Below are positions 9,260-19,989 of a DNA stretch of 64,000 bases, one piece after another. Source of the DNA: Candidatus Cloacimonadales bacterium. Lineage in GTDB: Bacteria > Cloacimonadota > Cloacimonadia > Cloacimonadales > JAIOQZ01. The stretch's first letter is position 1; every line of letters begins with the position of its first letter. The notes below the pieces were generated by a model. It was not told the origin of the DNA. It was given only the letters and a program-made list of their open reading frames with translations, and made no database searches. The translations under genes were made by a program, and so were the position numbers. The stretch spans positions 2,752,001 to 2,816,000 of the forward strand of contig CAXXTU010000002.1 of NCBI GenBank assembly GCA_963662655.2. Reading direction: 5' to 3'.

Positions 9260-9464
9260 AACCACCTCCATAGGGTTGATAACTTCTCCCACTCATAGAT
9301 TAACAGGTTAAAACTTGTGTCCAGATTTTTCTTGGGAATTCGTCCACGAACCTGATTATTACACTTTTAGCCAGAGCAATTTTCGTTCTCAATCGCTTGT
9401 TTTTTCCCTTGACAGTCAAGCATTGAAATCAATTCTGCGTTGAGGAAATCTGAAAAGGACAGGT

Positions 9465-10739
9465 ATGTACGCAAGTAGCAGATACATTAAACTGAATTCG
9501 AAACTGGATTATGCCCTGGTATACTGGGTTGCATTATTCCCACTCGTAAATATGATTATATATTACGCTACGGGGAAGTTGTTTCCCATTTTCTTCATTC
9601 CTTTTCTTTTCATACTTGTTATACTTGCAATCATTCAATCCGCCTTGTCAAACAAAGTCATCCACATGCCTCCATATCTCATTCTATTCGGACTATTTGC
9701 TTTATATCGCACACTCTGGTTATTTAATTTCTATATTATTGGAACCTACCAATCAAATTGGGACTTCATCTTTATATTGATTCGAGATCGCTTCTTGAAG
9801 TCTTTCCTTTTGCTCTTGCTAATGGAAAACATCTTTCTTAGCGATCATGAGCTAAAAAAAGTTATTTATCTTATAATCATTATTATTGGATGTGGATTAT
9901 TCTATTCAACACTGCAGATTGTCTATGGATATTCTTTTCTTAATCCATTTGCAGCATATAAAAACCTAGATGTTGCTGATTTCTCAATTAGATCTCAATC
10001 AATTTTTGTCTGGGCAAATGCTCAAGAACTCGGAATGAGCGTTCCGATGCTTTTGGCATTAATCCTTCCATTTCTTGAGAAGCGAAAGTTTCTTCGATTG
10101 TTCACAATCATCAGTTCGGGTATTATAATATTCCTTAACATGAGCCGTTACATGCAGTTAACCTTTACCGTCGTTTTATTAACATACCCACTAACATACA
10201 AAAAACACAGGGCAAGAGAAACCATATACAATACCTTCATTATCCTTATCTTGCTTACGAGCCTTATTGCAGTCACATCTGTTACAGTGCTTTCAAAAGA
10301 CAGTCTTATAAATAGGCTTACTTCCGATTCATATCGCTCAAGATTGCTAGCAGTTGAGCTTTTTAAGAAATTTATAGGTGAAAATCTGATTTTTGGAACT
10401 GGCGGAGTTAATACTTATGACCTGGTTAGAGAATTGGATGGAAGAAGTTCTCATATTCATGTTGGCTGGCTTTCCATTTTTTATTATTATGGACTTCTTG
10501 GCGGCTTGTTATACATTTCATCGTTTATTCTCTTAATTCGAGATACTTACAAATTAGGCAAAAAGAATTCCTATTGGGGGGCAACCATTGCCCTTTTAAC
10601 ATTTGCCATTGCTAATATGACAGGTACTAGCTTATATCTTGATTTTATCGGTTTTTCAATTCTAGTATTGATTAAAAATTTCATTATTCAACACCCTCAA
10701 CCAGAAACTCCAACTTACATCAACAAGGAATACGCATGA
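9465..10739 (+). CDS. O-antigen polymerase/ligase (Wzy/WaaL-like) membrane protein
   Basis: About 10-11 hydrophobic segments; IFGTGG...HIHVGWL...YGLLG motif; low GC. Confidence 0.7.
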   Translation: MYASSRYIKLNSKLDYALVYWVALFPLVNMIIYYATGKLFPIFFIPFLFILVILAIIQSALSNKVIHMPPYLILFGLFALYRTLWLFNFYIIGTYQSNWDFIFILIRDRFLKSFLLLLLMENIFLSDHELKKVIYLIIIIIGCGLFYSTLQIVYGYSFLNPFAAYKNLDVADFSIRSQSIFVWANAQELGMSVPMLLALILPFLEKRKFLRLFTIISSGIIIFLNMSRYMQLTFTVVLLTYPLTYKKHRARETIYNTFIILILLTSLIAVTSVTVLSKDSLINRLTSDSYRSRLLAVELFKKFIGENLIFGTGGVNTYDLVRELDGRSSHIHVGWLSIFYYYGLLGGLLYISSFILLIRDTYKLGKKNSYWGATIALLTFAIANMTGTSLYLDFIGFSILVLIKNFIIQHPQPETPTYINKEYA

Positions 10740-12010
10740 GAGTGCTTGTGTTGTATGATGGTTTGACAAGAGAAGCCCAAAAGGCATTTGGTGCAAAAGG
10801 TAAGATAAACACTTGGATCGATGGAATGGAGACTGCTTTTCATAAATTGACCAGCGACAATGTCAGTTTCGGTTTTGCATCTATTCACGGTATCCCTGGT
10901 AAAACAGTAACAAGTGGGCGATTCTCATATATAGGTTCGCTTGACAAGGCTGATATCAAAAAAGGCCTTTACCGAAGAAAATATGAAAAAGCACTTCAAT
11001 TGTATCAGGAGAGTTATCGCAAAGTAGTTAAAGAATTCAATCCCGACGTGATCCATGTTTCCGGCTCGGAACATCCCTATGTTTTTGTGTGTTCTGAATT
11101 TCCAGAGATAACAATCATCTCTATTCAGGGGATTCGCGCCGTAACCCAGTATTATTCCGACAGATATTCCGAAGAATTGGCAAAACAAGAAAGCCTTAAT
11201 AGCTCTCCAATAAAAACGATTATAAAAAAAGCATTGTATGGAGAAAATATTCACTGGCTTTCAGAGTATGAAACGAATCACATCAAGAACGCGAAGTACA
11301 TTAACACGCAGAACGAATACTCCACAATGTATTTCTCCATGCTCAATCCTGACGCTACATACTTACAGTTCGAGAAAATCATCCGCAAAGAATTCTATAA
11401 TTCTGAGTGGAATCCTGTTAATGTTTCTCTCAATCGTGTTTTCACAATTATTTCAAATCAAGTGTCTTACAAAGGTTATGACACGCTTGTGAACACAATT
11501 ATACAGCTTCATAAAACAGGTAATAGAGAGATTACGTTCAATATTGGCGGTGTCAGAAGCGATTCCCCCATTGGCAAAATAATACTGAAGCGACTTAGAT
11601 CAAATGGGATTCCAATCGCCTCTATTAATTTCCTGGGATATCTTAATACCGAGCAAGTGGTTATGCACTTGCAAAACACTTCGGTTTTTGCTCTCTTCTC
11701 ACACATTGAGAACACACCAAACACATTGAAAGAAGCCCAGATGATGGGAGTGCCATGTGTTGCGCCTTATGTTGGTGGAGTTTCTTCACTTCTACAGGAC
11801 AGAAAAGAAGGTTTGATTTTTCAAGATACGAATTTCTATTCTGCCGCTTCTATGATTCTCTGGCTTTTACGTCATCCCAGGCAGGCGATTGAATATGGTA
11901 GAAATGCACGAAAAAGACGCCTTGAAGATAATAATCCCGAAAAAATAACCGAACAAATTATAAGAGCCTATCACACAATATATGAAAGCAATAGAAACAA
12001 AAAGCAATAA
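10736..12010 (+). CDS. Glycosyltransferase family 4
   Basis: PDVIHV, ENTPNTLKEAQMMGVPCVAPYVGG (EX7E motif). Confidence 0.85.
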   Translation: MRVLVLYDGLTREAQKAFGAKGKINTWIDGMETAFHKLTSDNVSFGFASIHGIPGKTVTSGRFSYIGSLDKADIKKGLYRRKYEKALQLYQESYRKVVKEFNPDVIHVSGSEHPYVFVCSEFPEITIISIQGIRAVTQYYSDRYSEELAKQESLNSSPIKTIIKKALYGENIHWLSEYETNHIKNAKYINTQNEYSTMYFSMLNPDATYLQFEKIIRKEFYNSEWNPVNVSLNRVFTIISNQVSYKGYDTLVNTIIQLHKTGNREITFNIGGVRSDSPIGKIILKRLRSNGIPIASINFLGYLNTEQVVMHLQNTSVFALFSHIENTPNTLKEAQMMGVPCVAPYVGGVSSLLQDRKEGLIFQDTNFYSAASMILWLLRHPRQAIEYGRNARKRRLEDNNPEKITEQIIRAYHTIYESNRNKKQ

Positions 12011-13313
12011 AAATATCTTACATTTTATTCCAAAAAACGCGTGGCTGAAAGTTAAAAAAAGACTTAGAGACAACTTCAAGAATACTTTATTAAGCTATTC
12101 TGCAGTTATTATTCAAATTGCTATAGGCATTTTCACAGCTCCCATCTTCGCGCAAAACCTATCGCCGACAGATTATTCCATCGTTAGTTATTATAACTCG
12201 CTTGTGCTTTTCCTTTACCCAGTTTTACATCTTTCATTTGGAAACTATTATAGCGTGATGTTTCACAAGAAAAGCGAAGAAGAAAGAAAACGTCTCTTGT
12301 TCAATCTTGTCGTTTTCCTCTCTGTATTTGACATTGTCTTACTTGTTATCAGCTATTACATTTTTGTTCTATATTTCAATGTAGCCCATGTCAGCTTCGA
12401 CCTGACGCCTTACATTTTTATTGTACTTGCTCAAATTTACTTCTTTGTCTGGTTTGTCTTTCAGCAGACCCATTATCGAATGAAACGCGAATTTTTGAAG
12501 TACTTTTTAATTACTACTTTGAAAAACGTCTCATCCATAGGATCTGCCTTGGTTCTCGTAGCATTATATAAGATGGGAGCTACGGGACGCCTGTTGGGAG
12601 GAACAATTGGTACTTTTCTTGCCGGCGTTGTTTCAATCAGCCTTTTACGAAGTAAAATGCAGCCTACATTTGACTTTCAGATTATTAAAGACGCTCTGAA
12701 ATTCTGTGGGCCACTAATTTTGAGTGGGCTGGTCATTATTCCCTTCAGAGCTTTGGACGGAATTCTACTTGAGAAAAAGCACGACGTAGATTCGTTCAGC
12801 TTATACAGTATTGGCAAGAACCATGCGAACTATATATACGTTTTTGGAACATCCATATATCAGGCTTTTGAAACAGAGCTCTTCCTGAACATACATAATA
12901 AAGCAAGAAAGCAAATGTACATAAACATGTTCATCATGTCGGTGCTATTACTTGCGCCAACAGCCTTATATATTATCTTTGCAAAACCTATAGCAAACTA
13001 TCTCACCAGCGGACGCTACGTCGATGCGTATTATTACGGCAGAATTCACGCGATCGGATTCTTCTTTGTGAATGTGAGCGTGTTCATTCGCACCGTTGTA
13101 ATGGGGAAACAAAAGAGTTCAATGTACTTCTTCATCAACCTGACCGGAGCCCTTGCAAGCATTGTGCTCTACAATATAATGATTACTTTTTTCGGTTTCA
13201 CCGGCGCAGCTATTACGCGTTCCCTCGTACCGATCACAATGATCATGTTTGTTGTAATATATTATATGATCAAATGGAAGAAGGCTAAATCGAAATCCAA
13301 ACGTCCAGTTTAA
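11982..13313 (+). CDS. Polysaccharide flippase (Wzx-like)
   Basis: About 12 TM segments; LSPTDYS and FGFTGAAI motifs; start uncertain. Confidence 0.75.
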   Translation: MKAIETKSNKNILHFIPKNAWLKVKKRLRDNFKNTLLSYSAVIIQIAIGIFTAPIFAQNLSPTDYSIVSYYNSLVLFLYPVLHLSFGNYYSVMFHKKSEEERKRLLFNLVVFLSVFDIVLLVISYYIFVLYFNVAHVSFDLTPYIFIVLAQIYFFVWFVFQQTHYRMKREFLKYFLITTLKNVSSIGSALVLVALYKMGATGRLLGGTIGTFLAGVVSISLLRSKMQPTFDFQIIKDALKFCGPLILSGLVIIPFRALDGILLEKKHDVDSFSLYSIGKNHANYIYVFGTSIYQAFETELFLNIHNKARKQMYINMFIMSVLLLAPTALYIIFAKPIANYLTSGRYVDAYYYGRIHAIGFFFVNVSVFIRTVVMGKQKSSMYFFINLTGALASIVLYNIMITFFGFTGAAITRSLVPITMIMFVVIYYMIKWKKAKSKSKRPV

Positions 13314-14026
13314 CGTTCGGAATGAGTTTCTTTGATTGCACCGGGTGTTCCCCCCGGCGCAGTTTTGTATCCGCTTCAGTACTCGAAAATCATCAACAAT
13401 CGGGCCACCGGGATATGGGATAAATAGTTCCATTATCCTTTCACCAGGCTACAGAATGGAAGCGTTCTCCATCCCTGCACAGAGCACTAGAAATTTGCAA
13501 AAAGTAATTGACACCAGATTTTTCCAGAATCCAATTTCATTCATTGCATTTCAAACAATGTGTCACGCAGTCGATTACACGCTCTATAAACATGTTTTAA
13601 ACCTTATCCAAACATTTTTTTTCCGCTTTCCTAACAAGTACGATTGTTGCCTGTAATGTATTCAGTTAACCGGCATACCCATCGTAAACCATTTTTCCGA
13701 ATCGATGATTTAATTGCATGCAGAGCAGTTTCTTAATACCAATTACAAAACTGTAGAAAACAGGAAGAATCCCGTGATAACCGCCTTGACAAATAATTTT
13801 GAGAATGGATTTTTGATAGGTTGGATGTGTCGGAAACGGATATTCAGTTTTAGAAAGAACCGACTTTTGATCAGTTTGCCATGCGAGTGTTTCGCATGAT
13901 AGCAAGCGTCATGAAATTAGTAATCAACTGGTTGTGAATGGAAAAACGGAAATCGTTATACTGGGATTGCACGCTCTGGCAATCATGTTTTCTTCCTTTT
14001 CACCCGGGCATTGTACTTCAAGGTTA

Positions 14027-14137
14027 TGTGGATAAATTTCGAACCCAAATTTGTATGCTCGTTTTTATCTTACTGCCAAATAGATACTTGAAGTGCAATA
14101 ACATTGAAACATCGGATGTGGATAAGTTCGTGGATAA
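14027..14137. promoter_or_regulatory. DnaA boxes upstream of dnaA
   Basis: TGTGGATAA at 14027 and 14117, CGTGGATAA at 14129. Confidence 0.85.
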
Positions 14138-14177
14138 CTCCGATTAACACGATTATCAGCGTCATTTGAGGAGCTTT

Positions 14178-15515
14178 ATGGAAAGAGACCAGGATATATG
14201 GGAAAATGTTTTAAACACGCTCGAAGATCATATCAACCCGAAGAGTTTTAAAACCTGGTTCAGCGATACCAAGCTGATCGATATCGACAATAACATCATG
14301 CTGGTGCAAGTACCCACAAAATTCACCGCAGATTTCCTGAACCAGAATTATACAGTTCTATTATCCGAGATATCGTACAACCTGTACAAGAAAGAATACA
14401 AGGTACGATTCACCAATTATCCGTTGAACAAGCAGAGAAACGGCAGTTTCAAGCTCAACGGTAATCAGAAACAACCTGAAAACAGCAAACTCAATCTCAA
14501 GTATACCTTCGACCAGTTCGTCGTCGGTAAAAGCAACAATTTCGCTCATTCGGCCTCTCTCGCAGTTGCCGAGTCACCCGGTACCGCGTACAACCCGTTG
14601 TTCATCTATGGAGAATCCGGAATGGGGAAAACCCACCTCATGCAAGCGATCGGTAATTTCGTGAACGAGGAAAGCGGTTCGAAATACGTTTATTATACCA
14701 CGACAGAGGAATTCACCAACGAGATGATCGACGCGATTCAGACAAAGAAGATGACCGAGTTCCGCAACAAGTTCCGCAACGTGGACGTCCTGCTCGTTGA
14801 CGACATCCATTTCCTCGCGGGCAAAGAGAGTACGCAGGAAACCTTCTTTCACACCTTCAACGCGCTCTACGAGAGCAAGAAGCAGATCGTCATCACCAGC
14901 GATCGTCCCCTCAAGGACATCCACGATCTGGAGAAGCGACTCGTGACCCGCTTCGAATGGGGCCTGATGGCCGATCTGAAGAGTCCCGATTTCGAGACGC
15001 GCGTCGCTATCCTCAGAAAGAAAGCGGAAAACGAGGATATCAACCTCCGCGACGATGTAATCGGCTTCATCGCCGAGTTCGTTTCCAGCAACGTTCGCGC
15101 GCTGGAAGGCTCCCTCATTCGCATCCTGGCATACGCTTCCTACAATAACCTCAATACGGAAGACATCGATCCGGAACTCGCCAAGGAGATTCTTTCCGAC
15201 CTCATATCCGAGAAGGTTCGCGATATCAATCTGGACACCATCATGCAAAAGGTGTGCGACATGTACAACGTCACACCCGCACAGCTCATCGATAAAACCA
15301 GAAAGAAGCACATCGCCTTCCCGAGACAGGTCGCGATGTACCTCTCCAACCTCCTGATTCCACAATCATCATTGAAGGAAATTGCCGCTTATTACAAGCG
15401 TAAAGACCACACAACCGTGCTTCACGCGAAGAAGATGATCGAGAACCAGTTCCGTTCCGACAATAAATTCAGAATCCAGATAGAGCTCCTCATCAAGGAA
15501 ATCAAGAACACCTGA
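14178..15515 (+). CDS. dnaA: Chromosomal replication initiator DnaA
   Basis: YTFDQFVVGKSN, YNPLFIYGESGMGKTHL, LLVDDIHF, PRQVAMYL, DHTTVLHA; RBS GAGGAG. Confidence 0.98.
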   Translation: MERDQDIWENVLNTLEDHINPKSFKTWFSDTKLIDIDNNIMLVQVPTKFTADFLNQNYTVLLSEISYNLYKKEYKVRFTNYPLNKQRNGSFKLNGNQKQPENSKLNLKYTFDQFVVGKSNNFAHSASLAVAESPGTAYNPLFIYGESGMGKTHLMQAIGNFVNEESGSKYVYYTTTEEFTNEMIDAIQTKKMTEFRNKFRNVDVLLVDDIHFLAGKESTQETFFHTFNALYESKKQIVITSDRPLKDIHDLEKRLVTRFEWGLMADLKSPDFETRVAILRKKAENEDINLRDDVIGFIAEFVSSNVRALEGSLIRILAYASYNNLNTEDIDPELAKEILSDLISEKVRDINLDTIMQKVCDMYNVTPAQLIDKTRKKHIAFPRQVAMYLSNLLIPQSSLKEIAAYYKRKDHTTVLHAKKMIENQFRSDNKFRIQIELLIKEIKNT

Positions 15516-15599
15516 TCGAGGCTCGCCTCTCCCCTATTCGATTATCGATTGGAAGGTTACATAACAATGACACGCAGGGGCTTTTCAGCGAAAAAATCA

Positions 15600-15850
15600 T
15601 TGTCCACTTATCCACATGAAAGCGTGTTGATCGCTGTGGATAACCCCTGAAATTTCTTTGACAAAATCATCCTGTGTGGATAAGTGGTAAGTTATTCTTC
15701 AGCAGTCCACGGGTTATCCACAAAACTGCCGAAGATGTAACTGGTAACAAGAGAGTGTTTTTGGCGTTATGCCTGCAGGGTTATGCCCATATCCACAGCC
15801 CTTGTTATTATTATTATCTCTAAAATCATATATATAATAGAATTTATAAT
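15600..15850. promoter_or_regulatory. oriC: DnaA box cluster, DnaA-trio-like repeats and AT-rich unwinding element
   Basis: Perfect boxes at 15608, 15635, 15675, 15714; overlapping TTATGCCCA/ATATCCACA at 15781-15797, then GCCC, (TTA)4 and an AT-rich tract. Confidence 0.9.
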
Positions 15851-15861
15851 AAGGAATACGT

Positions 15862-17076
15862 ATGAAGTATTACACCATACTGCTGATCGCAGTTGTTCTC
15901 CTGAGTGTCGCTTGTACAGATGAAGATAACAGAACAGGTGTCGATGGGAACATCCTGAATTCCGAAGAGGTGATCGTTCCCGGTTCCAGTATTACAAACG
16001 TTTGGAACTACCGGGATACCGTGCAGACTTATGACGGATCCACGGTTTTCACGGTTGGTAATTTCCAGAATACAACCCTGATGTCGCTTCTTCGATGGAG
16101 CAGCTTTCCGTCGGACGCTACCGCGCTCAGCGCAACCATGTATCTGGTTCCGAGCGACGACCATCTTCCTGACAGCATTACCGTGCAGGTTGGTGTGATC
16201 GACGAAAACTGGGAAGAGGATTCCGTGACCTGGACGAACGTCGATGACGAAGGCGAGTGGGAGAATACAGAGCACGTTTACGAACCCATCACCAGTTTCA
16301 CTTACCGGGAAGAGGTAGATACGCTCACTGTGGAGATTCCGCTGGATCTGATTCAGAGCTGGCTGGACAATGTTGGTGAAGACGAAACCAACAACTTCGG
16401 TATCATTCTGTTCTCCGATACACCGGATCAGGTGATCGAAATCTTCACGCTGGAGACCAGTTATGCCCCACTCCTCGAGATCGAATATCTCTCGGATGGC
16501 GATACCCTGACCTATTCCAAGGACGCCGTGGACGATGCGACGATCTACCATAATCCGGATGAAGATGCGACGCTCGGTCTGGTTTCGGATGGCTTTGTGA
16601 TCTCCAATATCTATCCCTACAGAAGCGTTGTCGAGCTCGAATTCGATCTGGAATCGTTCAACGCGCTGCTGACGCAACAGGGGTATGCGGAAATGAACGA
16701 GTACGATTACCGTCATTCCACCATTAACCGTGCCGAGCTGGTGTTCCAGATCGATACCGCCAATTCGTACTTCATGGACGATACCTTCTCCGCTAGAGCC
16801 TACATGATGCTTACGGACGAGCCTTCCGTGCCATTGATCTACACGGACGACTATCTGTTCTATTCAGGAACGGACGTGAGCTATTACGATAGCGATAGCC
16901 AGACCATCCGCGTGGACGTGTCGCCGATCTTGCAGGCCATTATGGCCGGTGAAGCGGACAACTACGGATTTGTCATCCGATCCATCGAGGAAGATCGCGA
17001 TCTGGGACGGATTTTCATGACTTCGAATCCAACACTCGACATCCTTTTCACCAGACCCTTTGTAGAGGAATTCTGA
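15862..17076 (+). CDS. Acidic lipoprotein (DUF4270/DNRLRE-like)
   Basis: Lipobox LSVAC; WEEDSVTW, NFGIIL, PLLEIEY motifs. Confidence 0.55.
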   Translation: MKYYTILLIAVVLLSVACTDEDNRTGVDGNILNSEEVIVPGSSITNVWNYRDTVQTYDGSTVFTVGNFQNTTLMSLLRWSSFPSDATALSATMYLVPSDDHLPDSITVQVGVIDENWEEDSVTWTNVDDEGEWENTEHVYEPITSFTYREEVDTLTVEIPLDLIQSWLDNVGEDETNNFGIILFSDTPDQVIEIFTLETSYAPLLEIEYLSDGDTLTYSKDAVDDATIYHNPDEDATLGLVSDGFVISNIYPYRSVVELEFDLESFNALLTQQGYAEMNEYDYRHSTINRAELVFQIDTANSYFMDDTFSARAYMMLTDEPSVPLIYTDDYLFYSGTDVSYYDSDSQTIRVDVSPILQAIMAGEADNYGFVIRSIEEDRDLGRIFMTSNPTLDILFTRPFVEEF

Positions 17077-17077
17077 T

Positions 17078-17881
17078 ATGAAAAACATTCTTGTCATCGC
17101 ACTGGTGGCGATCGCGTTCCTTGTGGCGTGCGACGAAAAAGAAACCAAGCCGGAGGGAAACATCATTGCCCAGGTGAACGATGCGTATCTCATGCTCGAG
17201 GACCTTCAGTCCCAATACTCGCTCGACGAGTGGAGCTCGATGACCACTGACGAGAAACGCGAATTGGTAAACCAGTGGAAACGCCTTACCCTGCTGAGCC
17301 AGGCTGCCGAGTCCATGGGCCTCGATCAAAAGCCGGCCCTGCGCACGAAGATCGACAACGCCCGCATGAAGGTGCTGGCGAATGCAGTTCTCGCGCTTAA
17401 GATAAGGAACATTGATATTCCTGAAGAAGAGGCGTTTGAGTATTACAAGCAAAATTACCTCTCTGAGGAGACGGAGCTGAAGATACAGCGTATATTCGTG
17501 TCCACGCGAGAAAAGCTTCAGGAAGCACAAAATGCGATTCGTGGAGGCATGAAATTCACCGAGGCGGCACAAACCTATTCGGAAGAGGCAATCGGAAAGA
17601 GTGGGGGATGGGCCGGATTCAAGAGCAAGAAGGATCTGGGTGATCGGATATGGAGCGAGCTGATCAAACGAAATCCATGGGAATACGCGGTGGTTCAGGT
17701 CGATGACGGATATCTGATGATCCTGCATTACCGCAGCCGGAAAGTACCGACCCAGGCGGCTGATTTCGACGACGTGAAGTCGGAAATCGAGGAAAAGCTG
17801 CGCGTCGATAAGCTCAAGGGTGAAACGGATGACTTGATCCGCCAGCTCGAAAAAGAAGCGAATATTGAAATCAATGTGTAA
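17078..17881 (+). CDS. Parvulin-type peptidyl-prolyl isomerase lipoprotein
   Basis: Lipobox LVAC; IAQVND; FTEAAQTYSE...SGG. Confidence 0.75.
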   Translation: MKNILVIALVAIAFLVACDEKETKPEGNIIAQVNDAYLMLEDLQSQYSLDEWSSMTTDEKRELVNQWKRLTLLSQAAESMGLDQKPALRTKIDNARMKVLANAVLALKIRNIDIPEEEAFEYYKQNYLSEETELKIQRIFVSTREKLQEAQNAIRGGMKFTEAAQTYSEEAIGKSGGWAGFKSKKDLGDRIWSELIKRNPWEYAVVQVDDGYLMILHYRSRKVPTQAADFDDVKSEIEEKLRVDKLKGETDDLIRQLEKEANIEINV

Positions 17882-17894
17882 GAGGAAGCCATAC

Positions 17895-19160
17895 ATGAAG
17901 AAAATCGTATTGGTCGCTGTCTTGATTACAATGGCGATAAGCATGATCACTGCGGAAGTGTTGGATCGTATCGTAGCGAAGATAGGGCGGGAAGTTATTT
18001 TAGAAAGCGAGCTTCATACGCAGATCATGCAAATGCAGAGCATGCAGATGATGCCACCGGATATGACTGAAATGGATGTTCTGGATCAGATGATCGAATC
18101 GAGATTGATTATCCAGAAAGCGAAAGAAGAAGATTATCAGGTGGATGATCAGAAAATAAAATTGCAGGCCGAAAAAGAGATTAAGCAGATCGAGAAGCAG
18201 TTTCCATCGCGCGAAGCCATGGAACGTGAGATGCAAAAAGCCGGCCTGACATATTACGACCTTAAAAAGGTCTATCAGGATCGAATCCGCGAAGAGCAGC
18301 TCAAACAGCAGATTTTCCAGAACGAAATCAAGAGCAAGGTAACCGTTACCGAAGCTGAAGTAGAAGAGTACTACGAAGAGAATAAAGATGAAATCCCGCT
18401 GCGTCCGGAAAAAGACCAGATCGGCATGATCATGCGGACGATGGATGCAAGCGAGGAGACTCGTGAGACAGCGCTTCGCGAGATCAGCGAAATCCTTGAT
18501 GAACTGCGCGAAGGCGCTGACTTCGCAACGCTCGCGAAGAATCGCAGCGATTGCCCCAGCAAGAAGAATGGGGGAGACCTCGGTTTCTTTGGTCCCGGGC
18601 AGATGGTACACGAGTTCGAAAAGGCAGCCTATGCGCTTCAGCCAGGGCAGATCAGCGATGTTGTGAAGACGCAGTTCGGCTATCACATCATCAAGGTTGA
18701 AGAGCGGGACGGAGAAAACATCAGGGCGCGCCATATCCTCAAGCAGGTGGTAGCTTCGGACGAAGACGTTCAAGCTGAAATCATGTTGATGGAAAACGTT
18801 CTGGAACGCCTAAGAGCCGGCGAGGATTTCTACGAATTGGCCAAGACCTATTCGGAAGACGATTCGACAGCGGTTCGCGGCGGCGTGATGGGCGAGTATA
18901 CACCGGAGGAATATCCGGAGATGTTCAAGGAGCAATTGAACGCTCTCGATTATGGCGAATATACCGATGTGATCAGGCAGGATGAGCTCCTGTACATTTT
19001 CGGCAAGCTCCAGAAGATTCCGGAACGCCCATACGAATATACAGAGGTTCAGGAGCGGCTTCGCGGCTATGTGGAGAATCAGAAGCAAATCGAGATTTAC
19101 GAGGATCTCATACGTCAGCTCAAGAAAGACAAGTATGTCGAAGTCTACTTGAGCGAGTAG
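17895..19160 (+). CDS. SurA-like chaperone with two PpiC domains
   Basis: DRIVAKIG; FATLAKNRSDCPSKKNGGDLG; VKTQFGYHIIKV. Confidence 0.85.
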   Translation: MKKIVLVAVLITMAISMITAEVLDRIVAKIGREVILESELHTQIMQMQSMQMMPPDMTEMDVLDQMIESRLIIQKAKEEDYQVDDQKIKLQAEKEIKQIEKQFPSREAMEREMQKAGLTYYDLKKVYQDRIREEQLKQQIFQNEIKSKVTVTEAEVEEYYEENKDEIPLRPEKDQIGMIMRTMDASEETRETALREISEILDELREGADFATLAKNRSDCPSKKNGGDLGFFGPGQMVHEFEKAAYALQPGQISDVVKTQFGYHIIKVEERDGENIRARHILKQVVASDEDVQAEIMLMENVLERLRAGEDFYELAKTYSEDDSTAVRGGVMGEYTPEEYPEMFKEQLNALDYGEYTDVIRQDELLYIFGKLQKIPERPYEYTEVQERLRGYVENQKQIEIYEDLIRQLKKDKYVEVYLSE

Positions 19161-19220
19161 AGTGATCAATCAAATTCGTTTTCGAAAGCTTGAAATAAAA
19201 TTTTTGTGGAGGTACTGAAG

Positions 19221-19682
19221 ATGAGAAGGATATCCGTTTTCTTCAGTACCTTTTTCTATACCGGCTTCTTCCCACTCGCGCCCGGTACGTTTGCAAGCAT
19301 TCTTTCGGCAGCGATTTTCCTGATACTATCCTCGAGATTCATCGGGGCAGGGCAGGCTATCATGTGGTGTATCGCGATTGGAACCACCCTGGCGAGCGTG
19401 ATTTTCAGCGATTTCGCGGAACGCGAACTCGGTCACGACGACGGCCGTATCGTGATTGACGAGGTTTGCGGTTACTTCATCGCCATCCTCATGCTTCCTC
19501 AGACAATTCTCACTGGCATCCTCGCACTTGTTCTATTCAGGATTTTCGATATTCTGAAACCGTTTCCGATCAATCAACTGCAAAAACTATCCGGTGGACT
19601 CGGCATTACGGCGGATGACATGATGGCCGGAGTTGTGAGCAATATCATTCTTCAGCTCCTCTATCACTTCGTATTGAAATAG
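19221..19682 (+). CDS. pgpA: Phosphatidylglycerophosphatase A
   Basis: APGTFAS, IVIDEVCG, LFRIFDILKPFPI, GITADD. Confidence 0.92.
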   Translation: MRRISVFFSTFFYTGFFPLAPGTFASILSAAIFLILSSRFIGAGQAIMWCIAIGTTLASVIFSDFAERELGHDDGRIVIDEVCGYFIAILMLPQTILTGILALVLFRIFDILKPFPINQLQKLSGGLGITADDMMAGVVSNIILQLLYHFVLK

Positions 19683-19706
19683 TCCGAACCGATTGGATTA
19701 CACAGT

Positions 19707-19989
19707 AGCGCCTGCGGGTTTATCTGTAACGAATGTAGAATTTTCAAAATGAGTGTGAAGGCGACACGCAATCCAAGGTAAAGTATGTTGGCTTCACGAG
19801 GTGAATCTCCGAGTATGCGAATTTTCTAAATGCTGTGTGATGGAGAGAGGATTGCAACATTGTGGAGAATGCAGCGAGATTCCGTGAGAAAAATTCTGGA
19901 AGAACAAGAATCCCAGGTGTTCCGAAGAGGAGCATCGAAAAATCGTGCAGGAAAGAGTTGCGCTACTCAGCAATATAAAAATACACTAA
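19707..19989 (+). pseudogene. DUF3795-like Cys-rich protein remnant
   Basis: Three frames join to SACGFICNEC/ECEG/..GKVCW..CEFSKCCV..LQHCGECSEIP*EKF; two frameshifts (~19748, ~19763) and TGA at 19885. Confidence 0.65.
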
